This document shows positions 63,211 through 64,000 of a stretch of 64,000 bases of DNA, piece by piece. This DNA is from Catajapyx aquilonaris. Its lineage: Eukaryota. The notes below the pieces were generated by a model. The model saw only the letters and a list, made by a program, of their open reading frames with translations, searched no databases and had not been told where the DNA came from. The stretch spans positions 1 through 64,000 of the forward strand of contig JYFJ02000684.1 in NCBI GenBank assembly GCA_000934665.2, given 5' to 3'. How positions within the stretch are numbered: the first letter of the stretch is position 1; each line of letters opens with the position of its first letter. The translations under genes were made by a program, and so were the position numbers.

Positions 63211-64000
63211 ACGTCACCCTCCTTATGCTCTGTGATATACGTAAAATAATATTGTTACCTTACACCAATTGTTATTTCACTCTTGTTACTCACGACTGCT
63301 CATTTACGTTTCATTAAAAGAACCATCGTGTTTTTACAAAATTGTTTGATTGTTTGTATACTGTACAACCACACATCCCTTCCATTGCATTGCTCCTATA
63401 ATGGACTCCATACCCTGTAATTGGTGCTCCACTATTGTGGGTGTGACACAATCGATTAAAACTGAATTAAAATGCGCACCCGATTAAATCATCCAGGGGA
63501 AAATGTGCTGCCGTCATTCAGCCCACACGGGTTGGGGTCAATCTTAAGGTCATGGTTCGTCGGGGAATTTAGCTTCCGTGCTGTGTTTCCATCAATCGCA
63601 ATAATTCTAAGCCAATTTTCTGCAGATATCTCTTCTGCCCTTTGCGAAATGCGCAGTATAGTGTATCCGGAAACTGCCCAATTTGCATTATTCATGCAAC
63701 AATTGAGTCGACCATACTCAGCTATCACTTTGGGCTATTTGCTGCGATTTGCATTGGAAATTTCACTCGAATCATGTCTGACATGTAATAATGGTATTCC
63801 TGCATATACCGACGTGGTTTCTAAAGCCAGCCTGCTAATGGTCACCTTGACCTGCTATTGTCGAGAGCGAGTTTGGCCAAGAGATACACGTGAAAATGGT
63901 CTCTCTGCAGCTGATTGTTTGCTACTTTCTTCTCTCGCAAACTGTCCAGCAAGAGTTACCAACAGTGGCCGATTTACTAGGAGGCATCGTGTCACAGCTG

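Noticed and set aside
63489..63780. Minus-strand 79-aa ORF at the window end
   Set aside because: In-frame stop just upstream and no recognisable homology
1..64000. CRISPR arrays, operons or prokaryotic defence systems
   Set aside because: The sequence is spliceosomal-intron eukaryotic DNA with no repeat-spacer arrays

Overview
Eukaryotic (animal, probably arthropod) genomic DNA with compact, intron-rich genes; the organism cannot be named from the sequence. Gene models were assembled by hand from the ORF track and splice signals. Minus-strand genes, left to right: eIF3d, RAD50, three tandem SLC18B1-like MFS transporters (A, B, C), a TTLL9-like gene, a DIDO1/PHF3/pps-type PHD-BRK-TFIIS-M-SPOC gene, a small secreted lipocalin and ALDH8A1. 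A fourth SLC18B1 lies on the plus strand, head-to-head with ALDH8A1. Introns carry non-autonomous mobile elements: a tRNA-derived SINE, a Helitron-like element, a Sola2-like long-TIR element, Tc1/mariner-, Harbinger-, P-like and CACTG MITEs, and truncated LINE tails. Main observations: (1) the TTLL9-like reading frame is intact but most ATP-grasp catalytic motifs are substituted, suggesting a pseudoenzyme with a ~570-aa N-terminal extension; (2) the three tandem SLC18B1 copies replace the TM7 acidic residue that the plus-strand copy keeps; (3) a ~280-nt intronic hairpin in the DIDO1-like pre-mRNA encloses an in-frame 54-nt candidate cassette exon and contains A:C mismatches; (4) a piece of the TTLL gene is copied into the upstream region of transporter C. 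No CRISPR, rRNA or true tRNA gene was seen.
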